Shown: positions 9,906-19,584, counted from the stretch's first letter. The stretch is 59,359 bases of DNA from Barnesiella intestinihominis (GCA_963656875.1 CAVKKE010000001.1:1-59359), one strand, 5' to 3'. Translations and numbers: made by a program. Notes: generated by a model from the sequence alone, not told the origin.

Positions 9906-10880
9906 ATGAAACGCAGAAAATTTCTGATATCCCTGTTGTTAGCCGTATTGCTTATGTTCCCGCTGCATGCATTTGCCGAAGACCCTGCTTATACTGACGC
10001 AGAAGTTCTTGCACGCGGACAGCTATATTATTCATCTTTGAACCAGTTCTTCATCAATATCACAAAGGAAAACAGCAATGCCTTTGAAGTCACCCTGACC
10101 GGTGCCATCGGCTTTTGCGATACTGATTATTGGGTTCAGAGTGAGTTTGACTCAAGAGTTGCTAAAGGCACCACATACGGTCCCTGTCTTTACATCGAAT
10201 ACGTTGTAACCGATCAGACTGGCCAGAGTAAAACCTGCTATTCGTATGATTTACTGCCCGTCGGCGGACATTTCAACGAAGGTCTTTCCAAATTCAACTA
10301 CACAACCGCTGTCAGTAACTTTTCGGGAGGTTCTGGTATCAGCGTTTTGGGGAATGGTTTTGTAAAAGACTCCCTAAATTACAAAGTTCGCATTGATCTT
10401 TCCGATTACGCTTCCAAAGGTTACTCCACTACTAAAACGCAGGTAGACGCTGCACGCGCTGCAAAAATGGCATCTATTACTGAAACGCCTTCTCGCTATT
10501 ATGCTGGACTTGAAAAGCTTCTGATGACCTTTGATTCCAACACACAGACAAATGAGGTCATTATCTGTGTAAAAGGAACCTATACGGATGATGAACTTGC
10601 TTCTATCAGCTATACTGATGATAGCAAAATTCAGTATTGGCTGGATTACACCACAATGAATCTTAAACTTCAGCAGGTTCGCGTTAAGAAGGCCTACTCT
10701 GTCCTCGGCTCCATCACCGTTATTGGCAATGCCAGTGAATATAATAAAATGGCGCTGATTGCCAACGGTCGAAATCCTGATTACACCGAAATTGCTCCAG
10801 GCATGTACCGCAACGCAGATGGATGGACTGTTTTCCGGGTCGATTTGTCTAATTATACTGCCAAAGGCTATGTTTACTAA
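9906..10880 (+). CDS. Secreted hypothetical protein, AT-richer than its neighbours
   Basis: GAGGAGG RBS, signal peptide MKRRKFL...AFA, internal repeated motif. Confidence 0.75.
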   Translation: MKRRKFLISLLLAVLLMFPLHAFAEDPAYTDAEVLARGQLYYSSLNQFFINITKENSNAFEVTLTGAIGFCDTDYWVQSEFDSRVAKGTTYGPCLYIEYVVTDQTGQSKTCYSYDLLPVGGHFNEGLSKFNYTTAVSNFSGGSGISVLGNGFVKDSLNYKVRIDLSDYASKGYSTTKTQVDAARAAKMASITETPSRYYAGLEKLLMTFDSNTQTNEVIICVKGTYTDDELASISYTDDSKIQYWLDYTTMNLKLQQVRVKKAYSVLGSITVIGNASEYNKMALIANGRNPDYTEIAPGMYRNADGWTVFRVDLSNYTAKGYVY

Positions 10881-11023
10881 TTTTTAATTTCCCGGTTCTC
10901 CCCCTGCTTTTTGCGAAACGGCGAAAAGCGGGGGATTTTTTGGGTGATTCTGGCTCTGCCGCCAGCGGCGGAATCGTGCTAGAATGGACACAGCTTTTAT
11001 TCACCGTTTTGTGAGGAATCATT

Positions 11024-11761
11024 ATGACACTGTTTTTGACCAGCAGCCCCAGCGGCTGCCCCTTTGAGCCGGGGCCGGACATTCCGGTGCTGGACACCCG
11101 CAACCATTTTGTGGCAAACCTCCGTGCCGTGTGGCCGGATCACCCCGTGCTGGGCCTTGCCATCGCCGCTGACCCTCGCGCTTACGAAGCCAACGACGAG
11201 ATGTGCCGGGCATTTGCCCAGAGCTTCGCAGATGCACACCTTCCCCTGACCGATCTTATCCCCTGCGACGCCCGCAATCAGGACGAGATCGGCACCCTGC
11301 TGTCCCAGAGCGGCTTTGTGATGCTCTGCGGCGGGCATGTACCCACCCAGAACCAGTTCTTCGCCCGCATCGGTCTGGCGGGGCTGTTCCACAACTATCA
11401 CGGCATTGTGCTGGGCGTGAGCGCCGGCAGCATGAACGCCGCCCGCATCGTCTACGCCTCACCCGAAGAGCCGGGCGAAGCCGCTGACCCTCACTATTCC
11501 CGCTGGCTGAACGGCCTGGGCCTGACCGAAACGCGCATCCTGCCGCACTACCAGTTCATCCGGGAGCACATCCTCGGCGGCCAGAAGGTGGAGGACATCG
11601 CCCTCGCCGACAGCAAAAAGCGCCACTTTCTCGCCCTGCCAGACGGCTCCTATCTGATGTGCAGCGACGGCCACGAAACGCTGTACGGCAAGGCGCGGTA
11701 CTTCGCAGACGGCACAATGGAAGAGATCAACGAAGACGAAGATGTTTTACCGCTGAGATAA
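11024..11761 (+). CDS. Peptidase E / type 1 glutamine amidotransferase-like protein
   Basis: LCGGHVPTQN, GVSAGSM nucleophile elbow and ILPHY motifs. Confidence 0.85.
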   Translation: MTLFLTSSPSGCPFEPGPDIPVLDTRNHFVANLRAVWPDHPVLGLAIAADPRAYEANDEMCRAFAQSFADAHLPLTDLIPCDARNQDEIGTLLSQSGFVMLCGGHVPTQNQFFARIGLAGLFHNYHGIVLGVSAGSMNAARIVYASPEEPGEAADPHYSRWLNGLGLTETRILPHYQFIREHILGGQKVEDIALADSKKRHFLALPDGSYLMCSDGHETLYGKARYFADGTMEEINEDEDVLPLR

Positions 11762-11778
11762 TTGGTGGTATAGGAAAA

Positions 11779-11928
11779 GGGGCTGTTGCAAAATGGCTCG
11801 CTGAAAAAATCATGCACAAAACCCGGAACCTTTTCAGGGCCAAAGTGGCTCAAAAAGGGTTCCGGGTTTCTGTTTTTGCGCTATTTTTTGTGCAAATTGC
11901 TATCGCATTTTTATTTTGCAACAGCCCC
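11779..11928 (+). mobile_element. 150-bp MITE-like palindromic element, family A, copy 1
   Basis: 16-bp terminal inverted repeats GGGGCTGTTGCAAAAT / ATTTTGCAACAGCCCC; four near-identical copies in the window. Confidence 0.8.
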
Positions 11929-11967
11929 TCACTTTTTTGAACAATGGGCGTGCCTGTTCTCTGTTAT

Positions 11968-12489
11968 TTACTCCTGTACCGATTCCTTCACATAGACGAC
12001 GTATACTTTACCGCCAATGTTTCTGGCAGACACACAAAGTGCATTCAATTTATAGCCCGGAGTGATTACCGCCATCTCCTGTTTTACCTGCGCAAGCAGC
12101 TCTGCAGAAGGATTCTCAAGCTTTTTCAGTTCCTCCTCGGTAAATGCAGTCAGCTGGAACTTCGAATCTTCCCCAAAAGTATCAGAACTATAAATCGGTT
12201 CTACCCAGTAAATTTTCCCATTATCACCTTGCGGAACATACACGGAGTCCGTCCAGAAAATTTTACCGTTTTTATCAACCTTGTTCCAGATATAATCTGC
12301 CTTACCACGCAGGCTCTCATCATTAGTAAACTCTGTGTCCAAAGCCTTGTTCATCACAGACAGGACTGCTTTTTCCACTTTGGCCGTATCTACGGCGCTC
12401 GAGCTGCCCGTACCGCCGCAGCCAGACAGAAACATCGCCAAAACCGTTACACACATCACAAGAAACAGGCCTAGTTTTGTTTTTCGCAT
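11968..12489 (-). CDS. Lipoprotein (paralogous family, member 1)
   Basis: Lipobox FLSGC; C-terminal motif shared with the 18365 and 19111 ORFs. Confidence 0.78.
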   Translation of the reverse strand: MRKTKLGLFLVMCVTVLAMFLSGCGGTGSSSAVDTAKVEKAVLSVMNKALDTEFTNDESLRGKADYIWNKVDKNGKIFWTDSVYVPQGDNGKIYWVEPIYSSDTFGEDSKFQLTAFTEEELKKLENPSAELLAQVKQEMAVITPGYKLNALCVSARNIGGKVYVVYVKESVQE

Positions 12490-12630
12490 AGTTCATTCCT
12501 CCAAATCGATTCAATTTTCTGCATGTGATTTTCCATGCAGATGTTTACGCTTTCATTTTAACGGAATTTCCGTTAAAAATCAAGATATTGCCCAACACTT
12601 TGTAGACTTTTTACAAAGGGGGCAATCACC

Positions 12631-12855
12631 ATGCTGTACACAACCCGCATTCGAGCTCTGCGAGATGATAACGATCTGAATCAAACACAGGTGGCTCAGG
12701 CCCTTCACGTTGCGCAAACAACTTACTCAGACTATGAAAAAGGCAAAGTGCGGATGCCTGTTGAATGCCTGATCGAACTTGCCAAGTTTTACAATGTCGA
12801 TATGAACTATATCACCGGCGTCAGTGATACTCCCACTTCTTTTCCCAAAAAATAA
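12631..12855 (+). CDS. XRE/Cro-C1 HTH transcriptional regulator
   Basis: RIRALR..NDLNQTQVAQALHVAQTTYSDYEKG...LIELAKFYNVDMNYITG. Confidence 0.88.
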   Translation: MLYTTRIRALRDDNDLNQTQVAQALHVAQTTYSDYEKGKVRMPVECLIELAKFYNVDMNYITGVSDTPTSFPKK

Positions 12856-12875
12856 TTATTGAAATATTTATCAGC

Positions 12876-12920
12876 AAAAAAATGCACCCTGACTTTAAAA
12901 TCATCAGGGTGCATTTTTTT
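12876..12920. terminator. Bidirectional terminator between the XRE gene and jetC
   Basis: AAAAAAATGCACCCTGA...TCAGGGTGCATTTTTTT. Confidence 0.8.
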
Positions 12921-12926
12921 GTTATA

Positions 12927-15900
12927 TTATTCTGCCAGCTTGATAAACGGTGCAATGGCGTTGGCATCGCCGTGTCTTACGATGGAGTAGGTGATGTCGC
13001 AATAAGGCTGGATGGCGGTGCTCTTTTCCACGGTGGAAATGAGCAGCACCTGCAGCTGCAGGCGGCGGAACAGCTCCATCATGGGGCGGATACGGTCGCT
13101 GGTCATCTTGCTGAAGGCTTCGTCCAGCAGCACAAGGCGGATGCTGTTTTCACTCTTTTCGTAAATCTGCAGCAGAGATGCGCAGATCGCCACATAGAAC
13201 GGTGCCTGATTCTCGCCGCCGGAGGAATCGCGGCTGACGCGGGACAGGTACGCCTGCTGGCCGGTGACGCGGTTGGTCACCTTGATGTCGTAGTCCAGAT
13301 AGGTGCGATAGTCCACATAATCCGAGAGGGTAGTGCCGCCGGTGCGGCCCTCCTGCCGGGCGCGGGTGTTCTCGTCCACATCGGACATGATCTTTTCCAT
13401 CAGCTCGTCCACCTGACGCTCATAGGCCGGGTCGGCGGTGGCGGCAAGGTTGTCCAGCGAATCACCGTCGGTCATCTGCTGGTTGCCCTTGTCCACGATG
13501 ACCTGATAGAATGCGGCCAACTGCGGATCACGGCTGGGCTCCAGCTCAAAGCGGTAGACTTCTTCTCCGTAGGTCAGCTGTTCCATCACCTTGTTCAGCT
13601 CACGGAACTGCCGCCGGGCGTTGAAAATATCGTCCTTCATGCGGAACAGGATATCCTTGCGGAAGCGGTCCTTGCAGTCGCGCTGGGCCTGTTCCAGACG
13701 GGCGGCGTAGCGTTCCAGATCAATGCGCACAAGACTTTCGTGCTGGGCACGATACTGGTCGAGGCCCGCAAGGCCCAGCGGATAATCACACACATAGTGC
13801 TCGTTGTAGGCTTTCTGGGCGGGTTCCAGTGTTCCGGTAAGATAGACGGCCAGCGCATCGTCCAGCTTGGCCTGCGCTTTCTCTGCGGCCTGTGCGGCGG
13901 CGCGGGGCTTGTCCGCCGGGGCAAGGGCCAGCATCCGGGCGCGGGCCAGCGGCTCCACCAGCGGGTGGCCCGCAAAGAAGCTCTTGGCTGCATCGGCGCT
14001 CAGCTGCGCTGTCTCCCCTGCCTTTTTCTGCTCTGCTTCGCAGGAAGCGATCTGCTTTTCGCACACGCGGATATCGCCGCCTGCCTGCTCTACGGCGGCA
14101 CGGGCAGCTTCCCATGCAGCTTCGCGGGCTTCTTCCTCTTTATAAAGCTCCTGCAGCAGCGGATTCTCGCGGCACTCGGTGAGCTTTGCTTCCTGCTCTG
14201 TCACAGCGGTCTGCGCGGCGGTCAGATCGGCACGGGCATCCCACAGGGCGGAAAGCTCGTCCAGCGCGGTGCCCCGCAGAAGGGCCTGGTACTGGTTATA
14301 AGCGGCTTTCAGGTTCTGCTCGGTCTGCGCGGCGGTGCGGGCCGTCTCGCCAAGAGCTTCCAGCTCTGCGGCCAGTGCCCCGGCACGGGCACGGCGGGCG
14401 TCCAGACCGATATACCGCTGAGGCGTGCGCAGGCGTTCCAGCCGGAACGGGTGGTGGCGCAGCAGGTCGCGGGTGGCGCTGTCGGCATACTGTTCCAGCG
14501 TGTCGGGGGTATCACAGCAGATGATGCGGCCCAAAATGGTTTCCGCGTACTGCGCGGCCAGCGGGTTTTCGCTGCTCACCTGCGCGGCAAGGCTGTCCGG
14601 GCCGTACTTGTCCGTGCGGCGGTTGGCTTTGCGGATGCCCGGCGTGTCCAGCAGACTGATAGGCCCAACTTTATCTTTCAGGGTCACAAAAGCGCTCTTG
14701 GCGGCTTCATAGTGGGCAGGCGGCACGAGGATATCGAACCGGCGGTCGCCCAGGCAGGCTTCCACACAGTCCTGCCAGCTCTCATCCTCCACGTTCAGCA
14801 GTTCGCAGAAAATTTTCGCGTCCGGCTTCATTCCGCGGCTCTTCAGCTCCGCATTCACAGCGTCCCGCACCCAGGTGGCGGCGTCGCCGTGGGGGTAGAC
14901 CCACTTGCCGCCGGACACTGCATCCAGCTCGGCGCGCTTGTCGGCCTGCTCTTTCTGCAAAGCGGCGGTGTTCTGGCGGGCCGCAAAGTAGGCTTCTTCC
15001 AGCGGCTTTTCCTGTGCGGTAAGCCATTCCGTGAGCTGCGGCAGGGTGTCCGCCGTCAGCTCTTCCATTTTCAGTGCAGATGCAAACCCGCTGCGGCGCA
15101 GGACGGCCAGCAATGTGCCGGTGCGCTCTGCGGCCTTTTCCGCTTTTTCGGCCTTGCGGGAAGCCGCATCCAGCGCCGTTTTCCGGCGGGAAAGCTCCTC
15201 GGTCATGGCGTCCAGCGCCCGGCCCTCGCCGCTGGCGGATGCCGCACCGTGGGCGGTCAGGTAGGCCCGGCGGGCTTCCGCTTCGGCGTCCTTGGCTTCG
15301 GCATAGCGGGCATTCAGGCTGTCCAGCTGGCGGTGCCCGGCGTCCAGACGCTCCTGCCACACGGCCTGCTCCCCGCCGTCGGCGGCAGAACGTGCCAGCA
15401 GGGCCGCGCCCCGGTTCACAAGGGCCTGGGTCTGCTTTTCGGCGGCTTCGCGTCCAAAATTCACGATCTCTTCCAGTGCGGCGGCGCGGGTCTGGGCCTC
15501 GGCCAGCACGGCATGGAGGTTTTCCAGTTCCAGCCGGTCGCCCTGCAAAGCGTCCAGGTCAAGCTCCGGCTGGGGCAGGATATACTGATACAAAAACTCC
15601 CGGAAGTTCGGGATCTCGTCCATGCTGGTGCCCATCTGGAACACCTCATTGAACTTCTTGCCCAGCGGGCTGGATGCCCGGCCGATGCCCAGTGCGCGGC
15701 AAATGCGGTCACGGGCTTCGCTGGGGCTGCGGGTGTAGGCCAGACGGCCCGTGGCAGGCTTGAAGTCCTCCTTGGCACTGGGGGCACCGGTGCGCGGGTC
15801 GATGAAAGGCAGCTGTTCCAGCGTGCAGCCGTCCTCGGAAATATACCATGTCTGGTCGCCGGGATGCAGCTCCTGCATGGGGCCCTCGGACTCCACGCGC

Positions 15901-16217
15901 ACCGCGATGACGAAGGGGGTGCGCTTTACGTTGTCGTAAAATTCCGCGCCGATGTAGGCCACCGTATGGCCCGGGCGGCGGTAGGCATTTTCGCCGCGCT
16001 GCTTGGCGTGGACAGAGCCCTGCAGGGTGCGGCCGCTCTTTTTATTGCCCAGGGCATTGAAGTTTCGGTTGGTGGTCAGGCAGTAGCGGATGGCGTCCAG
16101 AATGGTGGTCTTGCCCACAGCGTTGACGCCGATCATATAGGTCAGGCGGGCGCAGTCGAAGGTGACGTTTTCAAAGTTGTGCCAGTTGATGAGTTTCAGG
16201 CGTTTCAGTTCGATCAT
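12927..16217 (-). CDS. jetC: SMC-like ATPase, Wadjet JetC / MksB-like
   Basis: LKLINWHNF start, Walker A GVNAVGKTT, long coiled coils, signature SSGGENQAPFY, Walker B LVLLDEAF; 1096 aa. Confidence 0.85.
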   Translation of the reverse strand: MIELKRLKLINWHNFENVTFDCARLTYMIGVNAVGKTTILDAIRYCLTTNRNFNALGNKKSGRTLQGSVHAKQRGENAYRRPGHTVAYIGAEFYDNVKRTPFVIAVRVESEGPMQELHPGDQTWYISEDGCTLEQLPFIDPRTGAPSAKEDFKPATGRLAYTRSPSEARDRICRALGIGRASSPLGKKFNEVFQMGTSMDEIPNFREFLYQYILPQPELDLDALQGDRLELENLHAVLAEAQTRAAALEEIVNFGREAAEKQTQALVNRGAALLARSAADGGEQAVWQERLDAGHRQLDSLNARYAEAKDAEAEARRAYLTAHGAASASGEGRALDAMTEELSRRKTALDAASRKAEKAEKAAERTGTLLAVLRRSGFASALKMEELTADTLPQLTEWLTAQEKPLEEAYFAARQNTAALQKEQADKRAELDAVSGGKWVYPHGDAATWVRDAVNAELKSRGMKPDAKIFCELLNVEDESWQDCVEACLGDRRFDILVPPAHYEAAKSAFVTLKDKVGPISLLDTPGIRKANRRTDKYGPDSLAAQVSSENPLAAQYAETILGRIICCDTPDTLEQYADSATRDLLRHHPFRLERLRTPQRYIGLDARRARAGALAAELEALGETARTAAQTEQNLKAAYNQYQALLRGTALDELSALWDARADLTAAQTAVTEQEAKLTECRENPLLQELYKEEEAREAAWEAARAAVEQAGGDIRVCEKQIASCEAEQKKAGETAQLSADAAKSFFAGHPLVEPLARARMLALAPADKPRAAAQAAEKAQAKLDDALAVYLTGTLEPAQKAYNEHYVCDYPLGLAGLDQYRAQHESLVRIDLERYAARLEQAQRDCKDRFRKDILFRMKDDIFNARRQFRELNKVMEQLTYGEEVYRFELEPSRDPQLAAFYQVIVDKGNQQMTDGDSLDNLAATADPAYERQVDELMEKIMSDVDENTRARQEGRTGGTTLSDYVDYRTYLDYDIKVTNRVTGQQAYLSRVSRDSSGGENQAPFYVAICASLLQIYEKSENSIRLVLLDEAFSKMTSDRIRPMMELFRRLQLQVLLISTVEKSTAIQPYCDITYSIVRHGDANAIAPFIKLAE

Positions 16218-16816
16218 TCTTCTGCCTCCCCTGCTTCGGTTCCCTCGGGGCGTTCATAAAGGCCCAGTTCGGCGCGGGTGCGGTCGGATTCCGCCGCCGC
16301 GTCCGCAAGGTCGGCGTCCGGCAGCGCCAGAAGCACCGTCGGGAACACCTCAATGCGGCTGTCCAGCCCTGTGAGCCGCCCCACAGGCCGGGCCAGATTG
16401 TACCGGCGCAGAGTGCGCATCAGGTTTTCCAGCGTTTTCTGGTCAAGGCGGCGGGGCAGGTTCATCTTCTGCAGTTCGGTCTGCACCTCTTCCACCGTGA
16501 CAAGCACCTGATCCGCATTCGCGGCAAGGCTTTCCCTCTTTTGCAGATACAAAAGCCGCAGCACCAGCAGCAAAATGCTCTCATATTTCAGCAGCCTTGC
16601 CTGACTGCCCTCGTGGCCGTTGACCAGAGCCGCCGCCTGCAGCGGCGCGGGGTACAGCATCACCGAATAGCCCAGCGGCGCGAACACAGCCCGCACTTCG
16701 TCCAGATGGTCCTGCACATAAAGATATTTCCCCCGCTGATCTTCCACGCCGCCCAGCAGGAAGCAGTGGTTCAGCAGGTAGTTCGCAGTTTCTTCCAGCA
16801 TGTTAATGGTTGCCAT
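16214..16816 (-). CDS. jetB: Wadjet JetB / MksE-like (DUF4194-like)
   Basis: About 200 aa between jetA and jetC, overlapping both; SILLLVLRLLY motif; AAGGAGG RBS before the ATG at 16816. Confidence 0.78.
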   Translation of the reverse strand: MATINMLEETANYLLNHCFLLGGVEDQRGKYLYVQDHLDEVRAVFAPLGYSVMLYPAPLQAAALVNGHEGSQARLLKYESILLLVLRLLYLQKRESLAANADQVLVTVEEVQTELQKMNLPRRLDQKTLENLMRTLRRYNLARPVGRLTGLDSRIEVFPTVLLALPDADLADAAAESDRTRAELGLYERPEGTEAGEAEE

Positions 16817-18230
16817 TTTCTTCCTCCTTGCGGCGGGTGAGGACAAAATCCTCAAAGCGGAAGCCGCCGCGCTCCACCCAGTTCCCGGTGAGCGTAATAT
16901 CATAATCCCGGTGCGGCGACTGCGAATAAGTGTGCAGGCCGATGATGCGGGCAAAGTCGCCCGGGTATTCCTCCGCCAGTGCGGCGGCGTTCACGCTGGG
17001 CCGGGCGGCAAGGGCCTGCCGGGCCATCAGGGTGACGTTTTCTTCCGTGACCGCAAGGCGGGCGTAATCCAGAAGCAATTGCTGCTCTTTTTTCAGCTGC
17101 TCCGGGTCGAAGGCTTCGGTGCGCACCGGGGCCAGCGGCTCGTCGGTGCGCTGGGCGGCGGGCGGATAGAGGAATTTCTCCCCGAACACTGCCGCCGGAT
17201 AAAGATGCAGCCGCTTTGCCACGGGGCCGTCGTCCGTCTCAAACAGCTGTTCTGGGGTCTTGATCTCCTCGGCGTAGCGGCGCAGAAGGGCCGTAACGCT
17301 GCCCTGCGACGAGCGGTCGCTCAACAGCAGGAACTGCGCCCGCTGGACGGCCCGCTTACGGTAGCGGATGTGGCTGGCGTCGATCTCCCGCATGAGCAGG
17401 CTCATTTCTTCCAGCGCGTCCCGCTGCTTCTGGATGAGAGCTTTCACCCGGGGCGCAGCTTCGTTCGGCGCGCAGCGCTCCACCCGGGCATAATCAAAGG
17501 CCAGCTGGGGCAGATACTTTTCCTCGCAGTCGTCCAGCTCTTCTTCCAGATAGGCGCGGTAGTTGAACAGGTTGTCGCTGGTCTTGAAGCGGTGGTAAGC
17601 TGCAGCCACAACTTTTTCTTCATACTGGTCGAACAGTTCCAGCACCTCCTGCGGGGTGCGGTTGCGGGTGAGACGGTCGATGTAGTGGCCGATGGACGCA
17701 TTCAGCGCCCGCAGGGACTTGTTCAGCGTCTCAAGGTCGGAGTCCACCTCCCGCAGGACGTTCTCATAGGGGCTTTTCTCCTGCCCGATGCTGCCCAGCA
17801 GCTGCCAGGCTTTGTAGAGCTTGCCGGTGTAGGTGACCACCCGGGGGTTCAGGATCTCTTCCAGCGCTTCCAGCAAAGGCGTGACCTCCGGCACAAAGGC
17901 GAGGGACGCTTCGCCCTCATAGCTGCCGGGCTGTTCTTCCAGCCAGCCGGTGCGGCGCAGGCGCAGCAGAAAGCCCACGGCCAGCGTGTGGGGGTCGCGG
18001 GTGGGCTGCTCTTCCTCGTCACCGGCGCCGTCGGCGTCCAGCGCAAGGGGCTTTGCCAGCGCGGCAAAATAATCTTCGGCCCGGGAGACTGCCTCGCCGC
18101 GGGAGATGCTGTAGTCCGCCGTATGGCGGCACTCTTCCCACAGCAAAAGCAGCAGCTCGGCATAAAAAGCCCGGTTTGGCCCCGCCAGCGGGCGGAACAG
18201 CCGGGGGGACACCAGTTCAAACAGCTGCAT
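16803..18230 (-). CDS. jetA: Wadjet JetA / MksF-like kleisin (DUF5716-like)
   Basis: 475 aa, first gene of the operon; MQLFELV..RLF.PLA..NR..Y and LRRTGWLEE N-terminal motifs. Confidence 0.75.
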   Translation of the reverse strand: MQLFELVSPRLFRPLAGPNRAFYAELLLLLWEECRHTADYSISRGEAVSRAEDYFAALAKPLALDADGAGDEEEQPTRDPHTLAVGFLLRLRRTGWLEEQPGSYEGEASLAFVPEVTPLLEALEEILNPRVVTYTGKLYKAWQLLGSIGQEKSPYENVLREVDSDLETLNKSLRALNASIGHYIDRLTRNRTPQEVLELFDQYEEKVVAAAYHRFKTSDNLFNYRAYLEEELDDCEEKYLPQLAFDYARVERCAPNEAAPRVKALIQKQRDALEEMSLLMREIDASHIRYRKRAVQRAQFLLLSDRSSQGSVTALLRRYAEEIKTPEQLFETDDGPVAKRLHLYPAAVFGEKFLYPPAAQRTDEPLAPVRTEAFDPEQLKKEQQLLLDYARLAVTEENVTLMARQALAARPSVNAAALAEEYPGDFARIIGLHTYSQSPHRDYDITLTGNWVERGGFRFEDFVLTRRKEEENGNH

Positions 18231-18364
18231 GGAAACGTCCTTTCCTGTTTACATCAGAATACAGGTTTATTGTACCACACCCGGCACAGTTTGTCACAAA
18301 AAGACGCAAAAAGCCCCGGGGAGCATTTGCTCTCCGGGGCGGAACTCAAAGTTTCAGTTTGGCT

Positions 18365-18859
18365 TTAGTTTGCAGCCGGTGCGGAACGGGTCGCTTCCAC
18401 GATCATTCCTGCGTAGGTCTTGCCGCCAACCACGCGGGTTGCAACGCCCACCTTCATGGTGCCCACTTCACTTGCCTGAGCTGCTGCGTCATTGATTGCT
18501 TTGATCGCAACCTGCAGATCGTCAATATCCTTCTGGGTAATTTCCATCGGTGCACCATTCGATACGACCATATACTGCTTCATATAGGTGTTGGTTTCCT
18601 GATTCTCCGGGAGCTTATAGCCCTCTTCGTAAAGGCCGGTCTCCGGGTCAATGTGGCCGAGGATCTCATAGATCTCGCTCTTCAGGCCCTTGTCGTTTTC
18701 AGTGATGTCTACGCCAGCCCTTTGGCCCACCAGAGTCCAGTACTCCATCGTCAGGTCTTCAAACTGCTGACCCATAGACTTTTCGCCGCAGGCGGTCAGC
18801 ATTGCCAGAACCATGACACCGGCCAGCAGGACGGCGGCGAGACGTTTGAACATTTTCAT
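18365..18859 (-). CDS. Lipoprotein (paralogous family, member 2)
   Basis: MKMFKRLAAVLLAGVMVLAMLTAC lipobox; GGAGG RBS. Confidence 0.8.
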   Translation of the reverse strand: MKMFKRLAAVLLAGVMVLAMLTACGEKSMGQQFEDLTMEYWTLVGQRAGVDITENDKGLKSEIYEILGHIDPETGLYEEGYKLPENQETNTYMKQYMVVSNGAPMEITQKDIDDLQVAIKAINDAAAQASEVGTMKVGVATRVVGGKTYAGMIVEATRSAPAAN

Positions 18860-19110
18860 TTCATGTTCCTCCCAATTCTTTATTCTGACGGTTTGGGCGA
18901 CCCCAAATCGCTTTACCCGTCTGAATTTATTGTATCCATCCCCCCGCATGTCAACGGGCATTCTCCCGAAATATCCGCCGTATTTTTGGCACATTTCCCG
19001 ATAGCATGGATACAAAAAGCCCCGAAGGGCGTTTCGGGGGAAGAAACGCTCTTCGGGGAGGAAGGAAAAAGGAAACTTTTAATTCTATTTTGAATATCTC
19101 ATTGTCATGG

Positions 19111-19584
19111 TCAGGCAAGCTTGCCTACCTGTACCGACACGGCAACATAGGTCTGGCCGCTTTTGGTCTTTGCCACAACGCCAACTCTCGTCCACTTGCT
19201 GGACTGGTTGAAATCCAAACTGCTGTCCGGCTTATTGTCCGTGATCGAATCAATAAAGTCCTGTAATTTTGTACTGCCGTAGTCATATTTTACCACAACA
19301 GTAATGGTCAGTTTCCCATCCACAGTATCAACATGAATGTTATTTTTAAACCCGTAATTGCCAAGCCCGCCCTTCAGATAGGCATCCAGATTTTTATTTG
19401 CGATGGAAATCATCGCGGTATCATCGTTGTTCAGCGGAACAGCGCGCCCGGCATTGATTTCACTCATCACACGGGCTTCCGCCTGCGCTTCCTCACTAGA
19501 ATCACCACCGCCGCAGGCCGTCAGCAGGGCCAGGGCCATCACGCCTGCCAGAAGCAGGGCTGCAAATTTCTTCCATTTTTTCAT
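19111..19584 (-). CDS. Lipoprotein (paralogous family, member 3)
   Basis: MKKWKKFAALLLAGVMALALLTAC lipobox; AGGAGG RBS. Confidence 0.8.
   Translation of the reverse strand: MKKWKKFAALLLAGVMALALLTACGGGDSSEEAQAEARVMSEINAGRAVPLNNDDTAMISIANKNLDAYLKGGLGNYGFKNNIHVDTVDGKLTITVVVKYDYGSTKLQDFIDSITDNKPDSSLDFNQSSKWTRVGVVAKTKSGQTYVAVSVQVGKLA

Noticed and set aside
11786..11995. Small recurring ORFs (MQNGSLKK..., MSHFGPEK...)
   Set aside because: They derive from the family A repeat and there is no evidence of translation.
12489..12855. Prophage or ICE suggested by the XRE gene
   Set aside because: No integrase, phage or conjugation genes are in the window.
12882..16259. Long antisense ORFs (also 3840-5642, 5543-7417, 48144-50288, 53365-55251, 55944-58223 and others)
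   Set aside because: They are shadow ORFs opposite well-supported genes, expected with GC-rich codon usage, and show no motifs.
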